A stretch of 64,000 bases of DNA, taken from positions 1,116,001-1,180,000 of the forward strand of contig JAMWBK010000007.1 of NCBI GenBank assembly GCA_029953675.1, written 5' to 3'. The notes beneath the pieces are model-generated. The model was not told the origin of the DNA and ran no database searches. It saw nothing but the letters and a program-made list of their open reading frames with translations. How positions within the stretch are numbered: the stretch's first letter is position 1; the number at the start of each line of letters is the position of its first letter. The stretch comes from Rhodosorus marinus CCMP1338 (taxonomy: Eukaryota; Plantae; Rhodophyta). Made by a program: the position numbers and the translations under genes. Below are positions 59,469 to 64,000 of this stretch, one piece after another.

Positions 59469-61164
59469 CTTGAACAGCTTTTTTTTTGTTTTCACTTTGT
59501 AAAGACTTTGATTTCATCCGTTCCATGTGCATTGTCCTGACCGCCACTGCCTCTCTTCTCATGATTGTAAGCTCGAGGACCCGTTCTTATATGGCAGGGT
59601 GATCGTGAACTCCGACTATTCCCAAAGTACATCAAACGCAAACTACTAAACGCGTCTCTACGTTCGTGATTATGGAACCGGACGTTGAAAGAGAAGCTTT
59701 GTCAGTCTCTTTCGGTTGATCCGGTGTCTGAACAACATTTTCATGAAAGAATGAGATCACCCAATTTGACACGGAATGGTTAGTCTCAACTGAGCCAAAC
59801 TCACAAAGTGAATAATAATTTTCCAAATCTCAAAAGCGACCAGCCCACAAGCGTATTTACCCCACCAGACTGTCAGGAATTGTACAACAATCTGCGGGAG
59901 ACAGACGTGCGAAGCATATGCGCTTCCAGACGGGCAGTGAATGAAACCCCCTGAACAGTAGGTTTGGTTACTGTTACATTACGTTGAATGCTTCAATGTT
60001 TCGTTACGGCATGGCCGAATAAATCCTATGGAACTCTCCGATCGATTGGGCTCACGACCTGAGAGTTGTTTCATGGACGAACTCTAGAGTCAGTCAATTT
60101 TCGGACCGGGTTGATGAATAATAAAACTTTTTCTCAATTTGAGCTCTCTTCTTGATTGAACTCGTTGAATGGAATTCGATGTCTCGAAAGCATCAAAAAT
60201 ATTCGGAAAAGGAATTTGTGGATTTAGAGCCTTCGATGTCGGAACAGAGGCTCTTGTCCCGAGAGTTAACTTTGTACAGAGTTATGGATTGGGTCACTAG
60301 GCTGCTGGTAAGGTGATTGGTTTGATTACTTGACGATTCTCCTAAGTGGAACGTTATTGGGAGCCAGGGAGGAGAACCAAAAAAAAGCTCTGGGTTCTCC
60401 CATCTTTTGATCGAGAAACTACTTGAGGCTGGTCCAGCTTGGGACAGATTCTTTCTTTCTAGGTTGGCTTACCGTGTTCTTGTTGGACGAAACGATGATA
60501 CAGAATCGTCAACGTTTTTCTGTATCGATCGCGTTGTCGTGCTCTTGATTTCCCGCCTCAGTCCGCCACACCGTGCGCTGGCTATGAACCGTGTTCAGCC
60601 CGGAGCTCCTTGCTTGTTTACGGCCCTCATGGGCTATGACGTGACAGTTATGAATTGGTGAGAATTTCGATTCTTTCTGTACAGTAGCGGTAGCCGCTTG
60701 TTCACTTTGCTGCGGTAGGACTGCACTTGGTGAATCAAAATCCACAATACAGCTCGTCCCACCGGATCTAGCTCGTGCCCTAAATAGCGCATACGAAGTG
60801 AAGCTGTCCGAACTTGGAATGCGTCTCCAGCAAGCACGCCTGTTGTTAAACAGATTTTTCGTGTTAGCTCTCGACATACCTAGTATTTTCCGGATTATGA
60901 GTGCCATCCAGGGCTACAGTTACGTTCGTCTCTAGTCCCAGTTTCGGAAAAGGGGGCTTCAGCTCATCGTGCCAGCGAGTCCTATGCCATTTAATTCAGT
61001 ACACTCCTATAGCTTGAGCAACCTACAGGTTGAGGAACACGTTTTGAGGTATGTGCTAGCGTAGGTAGGTGACAAACGAGTCTATTAACTGGTGGTTTTA
61101 GAACATACTCTTGAAACACAACACGCGGGGCAATGCGAACGAGAGACCGTTTATTTCTAGGTAC

Positions 61165-61345
61165 GAGGAACAAAAGCGTGCAAGCCAAGGAGGTAGTAGC
61201 GAGCCCCTGTTAGAATATTACTAGAATATGTCCATAAAGCGACACTGAACCGGCGTGGGAGTACAAGATACTCTGCAGAATGGTCAGTGAAGCATTTGCG
61301 GAGCCACTCCACAGCTTGACTTTTCAGAATGGCCAAAAATTTCTA
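61165..61345. repeat. Diverged dispersed repeat, copy 2 (partner at 47378-47525)
   Basis: Same shared blocks as copy 1, in the same orientation. Confidence 0.65.
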
Positions 61346-63179
61346 CGATGCAAGGCTGAAGGCTTTACGACCTGCTATGAGCGAACAGAGGCTGGCCATG
61401 CTCTCGTACCGTCGTTCCTCCTGTCGGCGAAGAATAGCCGCTTCTGCACCGCAGCATAGTTCGACGGATGGGACATAGGTACTACACACCGGGCAAGTGG
61501 CTGCGAGGTCCACAAGTTATGGGCGTCCGGACAGGGCTGCGTCCGAGACCCGGAGTTCTGCCTTGAAACGCGGCAGCTCCGATCAAGTTACGCGTTGATG
61601 AGCACTGGAGTATGTCAAGTTCTTTCTCAGTTCGTGTGCAAGTGCAATGTTACGCTTTTCTCAGAAATGGCCGCACGAAACGGATAATTTGCCGGATGAA
61701 GAATAGCCGACGCAAAAGAGTCATAAAAGTACTAGTCTGCATCATCGACTCTGCAAACGAAAACAGTTCCGGAAATAGTTCATCGAGGCAAAACTGCACC
61801 ACACCAATCCACTTCAGCTTAGGATCCCAAAATCCTTAGTGCTGGCTTCATTAGTTTTACTGACACTAGGTGCTAGCACCAAGGGCTTGCCTCTCCCATG
61901 AATGTGCAGCCGTCCATGTCGACTTTCCCCCCCTCCGCATATCCTGTACTATCCATGCAGATTCATCTAGTGAATCAACTTGAGTCGAGGAACTTCTTCA
62001 GATCCTTGATCTTGGAGCACAGAGCTCATCGAAATTACTTGGGAGCCATCGATAGACTCCATGAGAAAGGTCAAACGCCGAATTTCTGGATCAAGTTTTG
62101 GCTCTCCTTCTCCGAGCGCCCGCCCGTTCACGAGCTCTTTCGTGTTGTCAACCAAGAACAAGTGCTAGAACACAGCGTGCTTCACCAATTCTGGTACTGC
62201 TCTGTAAACGACGTTAACCCGCCTCCTATAGTTCTTTATTTTGCAGTCGCAAAGTTTGGGAATATGTGCTAGTAGTTGCGGTGGTGAGTTTGTGTATGGC
62301 TCCACGTGTCGAACGTCCCTAATAGAGGGTGAGAACCCTTCGGTGTCGTGTCTCAGCACTTAGGGAGGATTAGAATTCCATACCATATCCATCGGCGCGA
62401 CGTGCGGAGAAGTAGCATGTTTTTTTTATTCTCCGCTTCTTTTCTCCTCCTTTGTAGTCTGGCAGTTGTGCCTACGCCGCGTCATCAATCCGAGCAAGCA
62501 GTAAAAGTACCCCTAATGGGTCCCTTTGGGTCCTGTTGTGACGAATTGATGACGCTTTGATGTTGGAGGCGAGCGGTTTACGCTTTCAGTAGTGTTTCCC
62601 CCCACCTCTTTGTCAGTCTCGGAGTAAACAGATGCAATCCATTGGTCCGAGCTCAATCGAAGAAACTCTTTTAAGTTCAATCACAAAGAAACGGTGAAAA
62701 CTTGAAAAGGTTGTGATGTTGATCATAATGACGAGTTTCGGTAATTTGGAGAAGGGAGCTGTCCGGCTTTTTCCAGTCATGCAACTATGGATCAGAATCA
62801 CCTCGGCTGGGGGAACTGGGCGAAGCTCGACCCACTTGTCTTAGTAGAGCGAGTTCTTGTGCTTTGAGATTAATATCGATCTTTTCATTGTACAGAAGAG
62901 TGCTACAATTTGCGCGGTCTCTTCGATCCAAGCGAAGAAGGTCCACTCCATGAATGCTATTGTCCGCAGTTAGTCCAAGGGGTGGCTCCCAAGGTATCGG
63001 GTGCTCAACTACATCGAAAAGCTTGCTGCACGTGAAGAACCCGAAGCTAATTTTTTTGACTACGTTCACCTATCACACACCCGCAACAAGCTTGTCTGAC
63101 GGAGTAGATTTTTTGCTGGTATAGCACCAGGCGCTCTTGTTTCAAAAGACCTGGTACACAGTCAACAGCAGCATGGATC

Positions 63180-64000
63180 TCATATCTCGAACAGTTTCAG
63201 GGGTTCTCCCGACTCTACATTAATGCTTGAAGTGTTTAGATAGGTCTCTCGCCAGCCGACTGGTTTGTAGAACTCAATCCCATAAGCGAACTGGGTCGTC
63301 TCCCTATCCAGCGTCAAGCCCTCAACCCTCACCCGTTTTGACGAGTGCACAACCATCGCTCCGTCCCTCCCCGAGCTGTCCCTTATGGAAATGTCCTGTA
63401 CCGAGAGATCCCTGCAAGCCTCGAACTCTATCGGAGCGAACTGCTCTCTCGTCCCTTCGACTCTCAAGTCCGAGAGACTTAGAAAGTCAATGTACTTCAG
63501 GAGAATCGGCCTACGGCAGTCAATAAAGACCATGCCGGTGATGTTGATATGTCCGTGACCAGGTCGGTGAGTCTGAGATAAAATTCCATACTTGTTTGCG
63601 ACTCCCACGACGTTGGTGATCTCTACCCGGTTGTTGGTTTCAAGTTCTGATCTTTGGTGGTCCTGTATTGCTATCGTATAGTAGCATCCCCTGGCGTAGA
63701 CGTTCCGAATCACAATGTCCTCAACCCCATCCCCAACCTCCACTGCACCTCTGAGATCACTGTTGAATGCTTTGATATTCTCGACCAGCACATGGCTCGT
63801 AGTAATCGCTCCGTCTCCAGCGGTGGTTAGAGCGACGAGGTCGCGGTTGTTTCCGGTCCCTGTAATGTCCCGAATAACACCATTTCTGACCGGTTCAGGA
63901 TCAATCTTGGAGCTTCTTGAGGCATGAACCATTATTCCGTCTCTTGAGGAGTTCACTAGCCTTCCCCTCTCGAGAATGAAGTTGCCGGCGCTCACCCACA
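63180..64000 (-). CDS. Parallel beta-helix protein, paralog 7 (5' end outside the window)
   Basis: Motifs NSSRDG, NNRDLV, RGAVEVGDG, CYYTIAIQDH and PGHGHI. The ORF is open to the window edge. Confidence 0.8.
   Translation of the reverse strand, partial: WVSAGNFILERGRLVNSSRDGIMVHASRSSKIDPEPVRNGVIRDITGTGNNRDLVALTTAGDGAITTSHVLVENIKAFNSDLRGAVEVGDGVEDIVIRNVYARGCYYTIAIQDHQRSELETNNRVEITNVVGVANKYGILSQTHRPGHGHINITGMVFIDCRRPILLKYIDFLSLSDLRVEGTREQFAPIEFEACRDLSVQDISIRDSSGRDGAMVVHSSKRVRVEGLTLDRETTQFAYGIEFYKPVGWRETYLNTSSINVESGEPLKLFEI

Noticed and set aside
61985-62015. KIKDLKKFL resembling the copia RT motif F-x-MKDLG..FLG
   Set aside because: No upstream YVDD motif in any frame; too short to call a retrotransposon.

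Overview
Eukaryotic nuclear DNA, most likely from a red alga (inference). Nuclear-encoded plastid proteins (Psb27, a sigma-70 factor) start with M-x(0-5)-[AG]FV-type transit peptides, and genes have mostly 65-130 nt GT-AG introns, several with CTAAC/CTGAC branch points. Bases 1-43100 hold about 13 mostly spliced protein genes plus tRNA-Leu(CAG): a Topors/Psh1-like RING ligase, a PhyH-like 2OG-Fe(II) dioxygenase, Psb27, a formin, a large 17-aa-repeat protein, an ILR3-like bHLH-zipper, an NmrA-like SDR, BCKDH E1-alpha, a reticulon, DUF1365 with a broken tandem duplicate, a WW/ZnF/SAC3-GANP protein, a plastid sigma factor and an NT-C2 protein. Bases 45300-64000 hold a birth-and-death cluster of seven intronless genes or pseudogenes for secreted parallel beta-helix proteins. 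Top candidates for new biology: (1) an intronless formin with two N-terminal CBM20 starch-binding domains and its poly-Pro (FH1-like) region C-terminal to FH2, possibly linking actin to cytosolic floridean starch; (2) the beta-helix cluster, which shares an E-V-x-D-G / Q-D-H putative active site and may act on cell-wall polysaccharide. All calls are by-eye motif recognition; no searches were run.
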